The notes: generated from the letters alone by a model not told the origin. DNA of 64,000 bases from an uncultured Gammaproteobacteria bacterium (GCA_964518565.1 CAZFGX010000001.1:905553-969552), one strand, 5' to 3'. Counted from the first letter of the stretch, positions 23,063 to 30,443 are shown. A program made the numbers and translations.

Positions 23063-23398
23063 CTAACTCGCATTCTTTGCCGTAAACACATATGTTTTTT
23101 CCGGATAATCGCTGTGATCGGGCTGATGAACTTCTACATTCCAACCCTTACCTCGATACACATCAACAAACGTCTCAAACCATCCATGAGCATTAATATC
23201 TGCTAAAGGCACACCCGCACCAGTGACGCACTGATGCAACTCATGTTGGCCAAATCTGGCCACGCCCTGCTTTAACTTTAATCGCAACAATTGATTGATT
23301 GCACCAATCATAGCCGGCGAAATAGTTGCAGAACGCATTGCTTCCTCGGGACCAATTGCCCAATCTTCAGGATTACCACGATCTTTAAAATTACTCAT
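23063..23398 (-). CDS. orphan protein, family A (cassette 3)
   Basis: GGAGG SD; IGPEE...MIGAINQLLR...WF...VYRGKGWNV...YVFT. Confidence 0.75.
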   Translation of the reverse strand: MSNFKDRGNPEDWAIGPEEAMRSATISPAMIGAINQLLRLKLKQGVARFGQHELHQCVTGAGVPLADINAHGWFETFVDVYRGKGWNVEVHQPDHSDYPEKTYVFTAKNAS

Positions 23399-23421
23399 AT
23401 TCCTCCAAGGTCAAAAAATCA

Positions 23422-23772
23422 CTAGTAACGCTTAGCTTGAGATGTACGAACAGATTTTGGGTTTTTGTTTATAGGCGTAAACACATACACTGCGCCACCA
23501 CCAGCTCGTTGGTCTTGATATTCGATTTTCACATCCCATCCGTATTTTCCATACAATTCACTGAAATTCCACCAATTGTAATGATCTGCAGCCCCCAAGC
23601 TAAAATTCGGTTTTTCTTGAAGACATTCGACCAACGCGGATTTTGGTATTTTTGCTACACCTTCCCGAAAATAAATTCGGATCAACCCATCGATCACATC
23701 CACCATTTCCTGAGGAATTGGTTTCAATGAAGCCATTAATTCATCAGGAGTTATAGGTCTCGCCTGTTTCAT
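23422..23772 (-). CDS. orphan protein, family A (cassette 3)
   Basis: GGAGGTG SD; RPITPDEL..PIPQEMVDVIDGLIR..WWNFSELYGKYGWDV..YVFTP. Confidence 0.78.
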   Translation of the reverse strand: MKQARPITPDELMASLKPIPQEMVDVIDGLIRIYFREGVAKIPKSALVECLQEKPNFSLGAADHYNWWNFSELYGKYGWDVKIEYQDQRAGGGAVYVFTPINKNPKSVRTSQAKRY

Positions 23773-23804
23773 ATTCACCTCCAAAATACACAACCTAGGT
23801 AAAC

Positions 23805-24290
23805 TTACCGCCCAGTCGTCGGAATCGCAGTTGCAACCCGATGTATCACAGTCGGTCGAGGGGTACCCTCAATTTCAGTAATCGACCTCACACTCAACAA
23901 TTTACTTCCATGTGACCCGGGAATTCCTTGGCCACAAGTAGTGCTTATCTGTGAACCGCTAGAATCTCTCGTCACATATTCAATATCGGTATTTAACCAA
24001 TCTCGATATTCGTAAACAATTGTTGCATTTTCTTCCTGAACAATGCTTTTCAGTTTGTTTGCCAAATCTTCATCCAACGTACAAAACACATATGTATTGT
24101 CACCAAAAATCCACAGTTGCGTGAGTCCATTATTCAACGGTTCAACATTACTAATAACTCCCCGCCCGACTCCTGGCTTTTTTGCAATTCCATCACTCGT
24201 ATTCCCCTTTGGCGTCGAAAGACACGCCATACTCAAAAACAAAATGAGCATCAACCCAAAAAAATACTGTACCGTTCTATTTTTACCCAT
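23805..24290 (-). CDS. orphan putative lipoprotein (cassette 3)
   Basis: GAGGTG SD; signal peptide ending LSMAC. Confidence 0.7.
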   Translation of the reverse strand: MGKNRTVQYFFGLMLILFLSMACLSTPKGNTSDGIAKKPGVGRGVISNVEPLNNGLTQLWIFGDNTYVFCTLDEDLANKLKSIVQEENATIVYEYRDWLNTDIEYVTRDSSGSQISTTCGQGIPGSHGSKLLSVRSITEIEGTPRPTVIHRVATAIPTTGR

Positions 24291-24303
24291 ATTCACCTCT
24301 CAA

Positions 24304-24315
24304 ATTTCAATGTAC
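24304..24315 (-). promoter_or_regulatory. boxA-like element after a GCGC hairpin
   Basis: GCGC-AATTTCATG-GCGC-A-GTACATTGAAAT. Confidence 0.5.
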
Positions 24316-24339
24316 TGCGCCATGAAATTGCGCCTGCAC

Positions 24340-24380
24340 ATTGTACCTAAAAATAGCCCACAAATCAAAACTATAGGCCT
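24340..24380 (-). promoter_or_regulatory. sigma70 promoter with GGCCTATAGT box (cassette 3)
   Basis: GGCCTATAGTT-TTGATT-17nt-TACAAT. Confidence 0.7.
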
Positions 24381-24389
24381 TAATACCAC

Positions 24390-24422
24390 AAAAAAGGGCC
24401 GCGAGCATTTCTGCCCCCGGCC
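24390..24422 (-). terminator. intrinsic terminator with GAAA loop, cassette 4
   Basis: GGCCGGGGGCA-GAAA-TGCTCGCGGCC-C-T6. Confidence 0.8.
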
Positions 24423-24431
24423 ATGTGTTAC

Positions 24432-25334
24432 TTAAGAAAAATTGCCCGGATTCGCCCAAGACTCAAAATCCACCCACGCCGCAAACAGTGGCATAGGGAT
24501 TCCTTGTCGGCTAATCCAAAACAAAAACGGTTGATCGATCACCATAGGGCGATCCAGCGATACTGACTCAAATGAAACAGAGATTCCTGCCGCACTTTCA
24601 GCTTTCGCTGCCTTGTGATTCATCTTCAACTTGCTCTGTTGCTTGGCCTCCACTACTCGAGCAATCTGGTCTATTTTAAATGTTTCGGTCCAGATCCCCT
24701 TCAACCAATCCAGCGAAGTATCCACGTTCAAATCCACCATCGGAAAATGCAATGCGGAAAATTCACCTGTTCGCTTCATGTCCCGCTGAGTTGCCCGAGC
24801 AAAAAGCGACAACTCAAATGGGGAAATTTCCGCGCCCAACTTACATGGCATCATATATGCCACATCGCGCGTATCTTTGGTCGCTACACTAGCAATCGAC
24901 AGGTGATCCAAGGAATAAAAGCTCAGCCCCCGTCGCTTCATGTACACCCCGTCATAGTCCTTTCCATTCTCTCCACGCAATTTCTGCTCAGAACCAGCTT
25001 GTTGCCATGTCAACAAGTGGGAGTAAATACATCCCAAATAAAACATCTCCTGATCCGGCTGAGGTTTGGCCGTCAGCTTAATGGAAAACCCATTATCTGC
25101 AAACCATTTGTTAATGATTTTGACATCCCAAGTCGACTTGCCTTTCATCAGCTTATCAGCTGTCAGTCCAGGGATATGTTGACGCACCTCCTTCATATAA
25201 TCCAAAAACACCAACTGCTCAAAAGGCATAGATTCTTTTGCCTGCCAAATGCTCCCAACTGGCAAAATGCCATCCACTTCGGCCTGTACCAACGCTCCAA
25301 CAATATCAAAAATCGAACTCACACGACTAGTCAT
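24432..25334 (-). CDS. divergent serpin-like protein (cassette 4)
   Basis: C-terminal QQSKLKMNHKAAKAESAAGISV...MVIDQPFLFWI...PLFAAWV resembles the serpin hinge/RCL and signature. Confidence 0.6.
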   Translation of the reverse strand: MTSRVSSIFDIVGALVQAEVDGILPVGSIWQAKESMPFEQLVFLDYMKEVRQHIPGLTADKLMKGKSTWDVKIINKWFADNGFSIKLTAKPQPDQEMFYLGCIYSHLLTWQQAGSEQKLRGENGKDYDGVYMKRRGLSFYSLDHLSIASVATKDTRDVAYMMPCKLGAEISPFELSLFARATQRDMKRTGEFSALHFPMVDLNVDTSLDWLKGIWTETFKIDQIARVVEAKQQSKLKMNHKAAKAESAAGISVSFESVSLDRPMVIDQPFLFWISRQGIPMPLFAAWVDFESWANPGNFS

Positions 25335-25348
25335 AATTATTTTCTCCT

Positions 25349-25675
25349 TTACTCAGCATTCTGTTTTACAAACGTGTAATATGGTGCAAAAACTTCTTGC
25401 CCTGGAACAGGTGTGTGATACGTACACATCCACCCTTTAGTGCAATACAACGGCTCAAAATTCAGCCACTGCTGATGAGCGTCCAACTCATCCTGACTCA
25501 GACCTTTATGAAAAATTTCCTCCATCAGCGTAGCCAAAGTAATGACCAACACTGGACCCTTAGTCAAAAACTCTGCCATCACCAAACGAAAATCCACTGC
25601 ATTCAACACTTCATCCGGAATTCTTTCTAAACTCTCATTCACCACAGTCGGATTTGTAGCCGAAAACGTCGCCAT
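25349..25675 (-). CDS. orphan protein, family A (cassette 4)
   Basis: GGAGGTG SD; IPDEVLNAVDFRL..WLNFEPLYCTKGW..YYTFV. Confidence 0.75.
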   Translation of the reverse strand: MATFSATNPTVVNESLERIPDEVLNAVDFRLVMAEFLTKGPVLVITLATLMEEIFHKGLSQDELDAHQQWLNFEPLYCTKGWMCTYHTPVPGQEVFAPYYTFVKQNAE

Positions 25676-25691
25676 TGTTCACCTCCAAAAG

Positions 25692-26006
25692 CTATCGTGG
25701 TCGTTTTCTTTCTGGTTTGGTTTTCCTCTCGGGTATAAATGTGTATCGTCCATCCTTCACACTCACATCCCAACCATTGAATCGATACAATGCGTCAAAA
25801 TTCCACCAGCCATAGCGATCTGCATCTTCAGATTGAATATCGTCAGCCAACAACTCCATCAATTCACCCTTGTTAAATGTAGCCTTACCGTCCCGAAACT
25901 CACGCCGAATCAATCCATTAATGATATCTATCATTACATCTGGAATCGGCAACACCTTCTCTTTCAAATCAGTCGGCCGTATTGGCCTCACCTTCTTCGT
26001 TCCCAT
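25692..26006 (-). CDS. orphan protein, family A (cassette 4)
   Basis: GAGGTG SD; RPIRPTDL..PIPDVMIDIINGLIR..WWNFDALYRFNGWDV..YTFIP. Confidence 0.78.
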   Translation of the reverse strand: MGTKKVRPIRPTDLKEKVLPIPDVMIDIINGLIRREFRDGKATFNKGELMELLADDIQSEDADRYGWWNFDALYRFNGWDVSVKDGRYTFIPERKTKPERKRPR

Positions 26007-26019
26007 ATTCACCTCTTAA

Positions 26020-26031
26020 ATTTCAATGTAC
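26020..26031 (-). promoter_or_regulatory. boxA-like element after a GCGC hairpin
   Basis: GCGC-AATTGG-GCGC-A-GTACATTGAAAT; leader nearly identical to that of cassette 3. Confidence 0.5.
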
Positions 26032-26055
26032 TGCGCCCAATTGCGCGGTCAGCGG

Positions 26056-26084
26056 ATTATACCTGAAACTATAGGTCTATTCAA
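26056..26084 (-). promoter_or_regulatory. sigma70 promoter with GACCTATAGT box in the spacer (cassette 4)
   Basis: TTGAAT-agacctatagtttcagg(17)-TATAAT. Confidence 0.75.
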
Positions 26085-26114
26085 AATTTACACATCTAAT
26101 GTTAGGATACACAC

Positions 26115-26555
26115 ATGGCCGCCGTTAGTACCTATATCAATTGCGCTCGTCAGACTCGTGAAGCCTTTGAATTCTATCGCTCCGTCTTCAAAACCGAATT
26201 TGTTGGTCAAACCATGACTTTTGGCCAAGTCCCCCAAGACCCTGCCCATCCTCTCGCCGATTCAGATAAAGATCTCATCATGCATATCGCCCTCCCCACA
26301 ATTGGTGGCCATGTTCTCCATGGTACCGATGCGCCAGAATCTATGGGCTTTCATCTCAAACCCGGAGACAACATCCATATCATGTTAGAACCCGATACTC
26401 GCGAAGAAGCAGATCGTCTATATACTGCTCTCTCCGCAGGTTCAAATGTCACCATGCCCATGCAAGACCAGTTTTGGGGTGACTACTTTGGCTCACTCAC
26501 TGATAAATTTGGCATCAACTGGATGATAAACCACCACACTACCCCAAATAACTAA
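26115..26555 (+). CDS. VOC family PhnB-like protein
   Basis: REAFEFYRSVF, IMHIAL, QFWGDYFGSLTDKFGINWM. Confidence 0.9.
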   Translation: MAAVSTYINCARQTREAFEFYRSVFKTEFVGQTMTFGQVPQDPAHPLADSDKDLIMHIALPTIGGHVLHGTDAPESMGFHLKPGDNIHIMLEPDTREEADRLYTALSAGSNVTMPMQDQFWGDYFGSLTDKFGINWMINHHTTPNN

Positions 26556-26570
26556 ATCCAAACAATATCC

Positions 26571-26930
26571 ATGCGCAAAGAAACCCTTTTTATTCTGGCT
26601 TGCATCGGCGTAATCAGTCTGATTACCATTCTCTACAAATTCTCCACCCGCCCTTCCATGCCACCCACTCCACACCAAGGCTCCATTACTGGTGCCATCG
26701 AATGCCTCCCCCACAAAAACACTTCTGGTCCCCAAACTCTTGAATGTGCTTTTGGTCTGCGTGGTGACGACGACCAACACTATCTCCTTGTGTACAAACC
26801 TGCGACTCAAGACCATATTCCAGTCGGCCAACGCGTCAAAGTCTTTGGCGATATTACTGCCCAAACCCATCCAGTGTACGACATCATCGCCAAAATCTCT
26901 GTTTCAAACATCAAATCTCTAGGCAAATAA
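26571..26930 (+). CDS. exported hypothetical protein
   Basis: N-terminal TM; CLPHKNTSGPQTLECAFGL. Confidence 0.7.
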   Translation: MRKETLFILACIGVISLITILYKFSTRPSMPPTPHQGSITGAIECLPHKNTSGPQTLECAFGLRGDDDQHYLLVYKPATQDHIPVGQRVKVFGDITAQTHPVYDIIAKISVSNIKSLGK

Positions 26931-26960
26931 AAAAAGGCGGTTCGCTTTCGCTCCCCGCCT
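26929..26960 (-). terminator. intrinsic terminator with GC-GAAA-GC cap, cassette 5
   Basis: AGGCGG-GGA-GCGAAAGC-GAA-CCGCCT followed by a T-run. Confidence 0.8.
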
Positions 26961-26990
26961 AAGAAAAAAATCGGCTGTTAAATTATTTTT

Positions 26991-27461
26991 TTAACTCACT
27001 GGTAAAAACAAATTCGTCTTGGATGCATTACGGATACTTCCCACAGCAGGAGCATCTACCTCTCTATCTCGATGAGACAAGACCTGAATCCGAACTACAT
27101 CACTACCCACAGACAGTACTGATACTGGCACATTCACCACCCGACCAATACCATAATGCATCCATCGAGCTCGAAAACCCTTTGCAAACAGCTGCTCATC
27201 CACAGTAAAAAACAACGAGCTCAAAGCTACTGTTTGCATAGAATGCATCGGGGGCACATCGTGTCCAATCCAAGAATGAGGCAATACCCTGATCGACGCC
27301 ATACCCACCTCGCGCATGACATTAGACACACGCACCGGCACACACACCAAACGTCGATAACCCAAAAAAATCCATCTCGCTTCATCATCAATAGACAATT
27401 GAACCGTCCCATCAGCCAATATCTGTTGATTTCGACGTAAAATCGCCACAAATCTGTGCAT
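26991..27461 (-). CDS. orphan protein, family B (beta-rich, two repeats; cassette 5)
   Basis: AGGAGGCGTT-ATG(27461). Confidence 0.7.
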   Translation of the reverse strand: MHRFVAILRRNQQILADGTVQLSIDDEARWIFLGYRRLVCVPVRVSNVMREVGMASIRVLPHSWIGHDVPPMHSMQTVALSSLFFTVDEQLFAKGFRARWMHYGIGRVVNVPVSVLSVGSDVVRIQVLSHRDREVDAPAVGSIRNASKTNLFLPVS

Positions 27462-27469
27462 AACGCCTC

Positions 27470-27955
27470 CTACAACACCGGCAATCTCAATTGAAACTTT
27501 GGCACACACACAGTTGCACCAATTTGGGGATTAAAAAGCCACATCGGCTTTATCAACCCAACTACAGAAATAATCACAGTATCGTCAGCATTGACTCGAA
27601 TGACCCTTGCCCAAGCTTGCGCCTCACCAGGCCAAGCAGGTTTATGCCAATACACGCCTTGATTCGCTTGCAAAGATTGGTCCACAGACCGCACCATAGC
27701 TCCCATTTTGTCGGTACACGTAAACAGAAATCTTCCAGCTACTACAATATTTTGATTCAAGAATTCATTTACTGGGGGCTCGGTCAAAAAATACAACACT
27801 TGCACGTGTAGTTCACCTCGGTCATTACATGGAACAACGACGACGCCAATACCCATATAAACCACTTCTTCTGTTGGCGGCTTTGTAAAATAAAACCCAA
27901 CGCGATCCCCAATTTCCAATTTCCGATACTCATCGTAACTCATCATCGTATGCAT
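27470..27955 (-). CDS. orphan protein, family B (two repeats; cassette 5)
   Basis: Same AGGAGGCGTTATGCA start block; LEIGDRV KOW/SH3-like motif. Confidence 0.72.
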   Translation of the reverse strand: MHTMMSYDEYRKLEIGDRVGFYFTKPPTEEVVYMGIGVVVVPCNDRGELHVQVLYFLTEPPVNEFLNQNIVVAGRFLFTCTDKMGAMVRSVDQSLQANQGVYWHKPAWPGEAQAWARVIRVNADDTVIISVVGLIKPMWLFNPQIGATVCVPKFQLRLPVL

Positions 27956-27963
27956 AACGCCTC

Positions 27964-28419
27964 CTAATCAGCAATCAAAATAATCGACAACGGATCCACC
28001 GGAAATTCCTGCCCCACACCATAATAAAAGTGTCCACGTAATACGCGTTCGACCTTCAATGTTGCCGGTCGAAAACGCCGCTTGCCATGAGTGCAGTGCA
28101 CCATGCCTCGTTCTCCTTTTTCGTTCAGAAAATGGATAACTGGAGCCCCATTTGGCAATTTGTCCACTTCTTGTGGTTCCAGCATAATCCAGCGCAAATC
28201 CGTAAAAGAAGCCGAAATAGTTTGGCCAAACTCAAACGAATCAAGGCCTGGCACAGCGACACCTTCATAGCGTAGCAAGGCACACTGGTGATCACGATCC
28301 AATGACAAAATTCGCACTTTTCCAATCTTGCCGTCTTGCCACCCCTGCCGCTCTAACGCCAAGACCATGTTCGGCTTCAAAATGTCATATTCACTCGGAT
28401 AAACTTTCAGCGTAAACAT
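27964..28419 (-). CDS. orphan protein, family B (two repeats; cassette 5)
   Basis: AAGGAG SD before ATG 28419. Confidence 0.72.
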   Translation of the reverse strand: MFTLKVYPSEYDILKPNMVLALERQGWQDGKIGKVRILSLDRDHQCALLRYEGVAVPGLDSFEFGQTISASFTDLRWIMLEPQEVDKLPNGAPVIHFLNEKGERGMVHCTHGKRRFRPATLKVERVLRGHFYYGVGQEFPVDPLSIILIAD

Positions 28420-28441
28420 ATATTCTCTCCTTAACAGCCAA

Positions 28442-28453
28442 TTTTCAAAGTTC
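28442..28453 (-). promoter_or_regulatory. boxA-like element after a leader hairpin
   Basis: AAGGCC-GCG..CGC..GGCCTT, then GAACTTTGAAAA. Confidence 0.55.
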
Positions 28454-28499
28454 GAAAAGGCCAAAAAAGCGCATTGCTTCGCGGCCTTCACCACATGAT

Positions 28500-28538
28500 A
28501 TTTTATCTCCCCCAGACCAGAAAATCAAACACTACAGG
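28500..28538 (-). promoter_or_regulatory. sigma70 promoter with variant CCTGTAGT box (cassette 5)
   Basis: CCTGTAGT-gt-TTGATT-17nt-TAAAAT. Confidence 0.65.
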
Positions 28539-28540
28539 AT

Positions 28541-28575
28541 AAAAAAAGGGGCAGGTCGCTTTCGCTCCCCACCCC
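28541..28575 (-). terminator. intrinsic terminator with GC-GAAA-GC cap, cassette 6
   Basis: GGGGTGGG-GA-GCGAAAGC-GA-CCTGCCCC-T7. Confidence 0.82.
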
Positions 28576-28603
28576 AAACAAACCAAACTGCTTTTTGCTA
28601 CCA

Positions 28604-28879
28604 TTACAAATGGTAAAAATCACCAAACATAGCTACAAATTTGTCTCCAATCTTCACTTGTTCTTTTTTAGGAATAAATAGCCCTCTCTTGAGAAATTTT
28701 TCGACTTGTACCACCCGAGTATTCACCGCTTGTTCAGCCACAACCTTAACTTTCACCACTTGAAGAGTGCGACCTGCTCCAAAAATTACACATGCGAGAC
28801 TTCCCACTGTCAAAGCTTGCGCCTCTGGCCCAGTCATGGGCTTATACCCCTCTTTTTCACTCTTTGGTTGATTTGCCAC
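28604..28879 (-). CDS. orphan protein, family B (single repeat; cassette 6)
   Basis: AAGGAG SD, GTG start. Confidence 0.7.
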   Translation of the reverse strand: MANQPKSEKEGYKPMTGPEAQALTVGSLACVIFGAGRTLQVVKVKVVAEQAVNTRVVQVEKFLKRGLFIPKKEQVKIGDKFVAMFGDFYHL

Positions 28880-28881
28880 AA

Positions 28882-29157
28882 TTACTCCTTCTCAAAGAAG
28901 ATTCCATCTGCATCAGACCAAACGATACAATTCAAATCGTAATCTGAATCATGCACCGCTGCTGAACCGATATGAATAATTTCCAAAATCTGGAAACTCC
29001 CCAGTGATTTAGGTGGCTGCACCACCTTCACACGAAACACTTGCTTCGTCGCTGGATCGTCACCGATAATCAAAATTACTGTTTGGCCAGCGTTCAAGGC
29101 TGCAAATTGTGCATCTGTGACGTTCGCGTACCGAGATCTGTCAAATGTAGCTAACAT
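28882..29157 (-). CDS. orphan protein, family B (single repeat; cassette 6)
   Basis: GGAGG SD before ATG 29157. Confidence 0.7.
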   Translation of the reverse strand: MLATFDRSRYANVTDAQFAALNAGQTVILIIGDDPATKQVFRVKVVQPPKSLGSFQILEIIHIGSAAVHDSDYDLNCIVWSDADGIFFEKE

Positions 29158-29180
29158 AGCCCTCCAACAAAAAAAGCAAT

Positions 29181-29192
29181 CTATTAATGTAC
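29181..29192 (-). promoter_or_regulatory. boxA-like element after a leader hairpin
   Basis: AACGAAGTATTTC...GAGGTATTTCGTT, then GTACATTAATAG. Confidence 0.45.
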
Positions 29193-29277
29193 GAACGAAA
29201 TACCTCGTCTTCTTGCAATCCAAAAATAGAAATACTTCGTTTTACAGCAAGTGAATTAGTTCACTTGATATATCAAT

Positions 29278-29318
29278 ATTATAGCCAAAAATAGGCGTAA
29301 AGTCAAACTATAGGCCTA
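29278..29318 (-). promoter_or_regulatory. sigma70 promoter with GGCCTATAGT box (cassette 6)
   Basis: TAGGCCTATAGT-TTGACT-17nt-TATAAT. Confidence 0.8.
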
Positions 29319-29319
29319 A

Positions 29320-29676
29320 TTAGGCTCGATCTACATTAGAATGTCGCGATTCATACACAAATCGCACCACATCTTCTACCACCTTCACAGATAACGGCTT
29401 TGAAAATGGCAATTGGAGTGTAGCTCGACCAGAAATTTTTGCCCCACCTAGATCCGGCATAGCCTTTGCCAGACCATCTGGTATTGGATAAATGGACAAA
29501 TATGTTTTCCACGCCCCAAAGTATACAATCGGCTTCCCATGTATCTTGTACCCAATAATGCCATAACTAATCGCCTCCTCTGCTTCAGGTATCATCTTCA
29601 AAATCACCTTACGTACCAAAACCAACCGTTCCTGTACATCTTTTGGGAAACTATCGATATACGCGTTTACTGTCAT
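29320..29676 (-). CDS. DUF1801/YdhG-like protein
   Basis: TVNAYIDSFP, PEAEEAISYG, TLQLPFSKPL. Confidence 0.85.
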   Translation of the reverse strand: MTVNAYIDSFPKDVQERLVLVRKVILKMIPEAEEAISYGIIGYKIHGKPIVYFGAWKTYLSIYPIPDGLAKAMPDLGGAKISGRATLQLPFSKPLSVKVVEDVVRFVYESRHSNVDRA

Positions 29677-29993
29677 AACAGATTTCCCAACTTCTTTTGT
29701 TTACTCAAAATCCCCTTGATCGACGGGCTCAATTCTTTATCTGTCCGATGAATACACCCAATCCAACAACATGGCCGCCGTTTTCCCTCCTTCAGTTGCC
29801 TCACTGTCCTTTTGACATGATCCTCGCGTGTTTTCTCCGTCTTTGGAAACAATACCCAACAAATCCACTCGTTCCTCGCCAGCGGCGTCAACCCTTCCCA
29901 TAATGCCAAAGATTTTGCGTCATCCCCCAAAGCCTTACCCAAATCCTCAGGCATAGTGTGTACTACTCCAGCTGATATTTGTGTCTGATTCAT
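29673..29993 (-). CDS. YdeI/OmpD-associated family protein
   Basis: PEDLGKAL..LTPLARNEWICWV..GKRRPCCWIGC. Confidence 0.85.
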   Translation of the reverse strand: MNQTQISAGVVHTMPEDLGKALGDDAKSLALWEGLTPLARNEWICWVLFPKTEKTREDHVKRTVRQLKEGKRRPCCWIGCIHRTDKELSPSIKGILSKQKKLGNLL

Positions 29994-30002
29994 ATACCAA
30001 TT

Positions 30003-30425
30003 TTAGCGCACTTGGCCAGCCCCACCCACTTTTTCAGCTTTTTTCAAAATCTCCTTCAACACCTGCATATCAATATCTGCCAACTTCTTAAACCGAATAC
30101 AACTCTTACCAATACTCGCTTTTGGCAATTTGTCCTTATACTGCTCTGCAATATAAATACCATCTTCTATGGCACAAACATATACCGATATATAATTTTT
30201 CTGACTCGCCAAAGCCACCAGTGACCAATCTCCTTCTTTTCCCGAAGCATACCGATAATGATACGTCCCGTACCCAATCATTCCCGACAAAATATGTGGT
30301 TTCAAATCCGGAACCGTCTTTTGAATAAACGCATGCAACACTTCTACTTCTTTTCTCCTCGGCTCCTCAATTGCCAAAATATACTCCTCCGGCGTCTTGG
30401 CTAGTGTCGGTTTAAACATATTCAT
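30003..30425 (-). CDS. DUF1801 domain protein
   Basis: MIGYGTYHYRYASGKEGDW, GKSCIRFKKL. Confidence 0.85.
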   Translation of the reverse strand: MNMFKPTLAKTPEEYILAIEEPRRKEVEVLHAFIQKTVPDLKPHILSGMIGYGTYHYRYASGKEGDWSLVALASQKNYISVYVCAIEDGIYIAEQYKDKLPKASIGKSCIRFKKLADIDMQVLKEILKKAEKVGGAGQVR

Positions 30426-30443
30426 ACCCCATAAGTATAAAAT

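Noticed and set aside
10201-23760. CTATAGGTCT at 10201 and TTATAGGTCT at 23751
   Set aside because: Both are inside coding sequence, lack the leading AC(T) context and have no associated promoter; not counted as boxes.
12976-29318. Cassettes as an integron array or a prophage
   Set aside because: No GTTRRRY/RYYYAAC attC ends, integron integrase or phage structural genes were seen; the hairpins have T-tracts and each unit has its own promoter.
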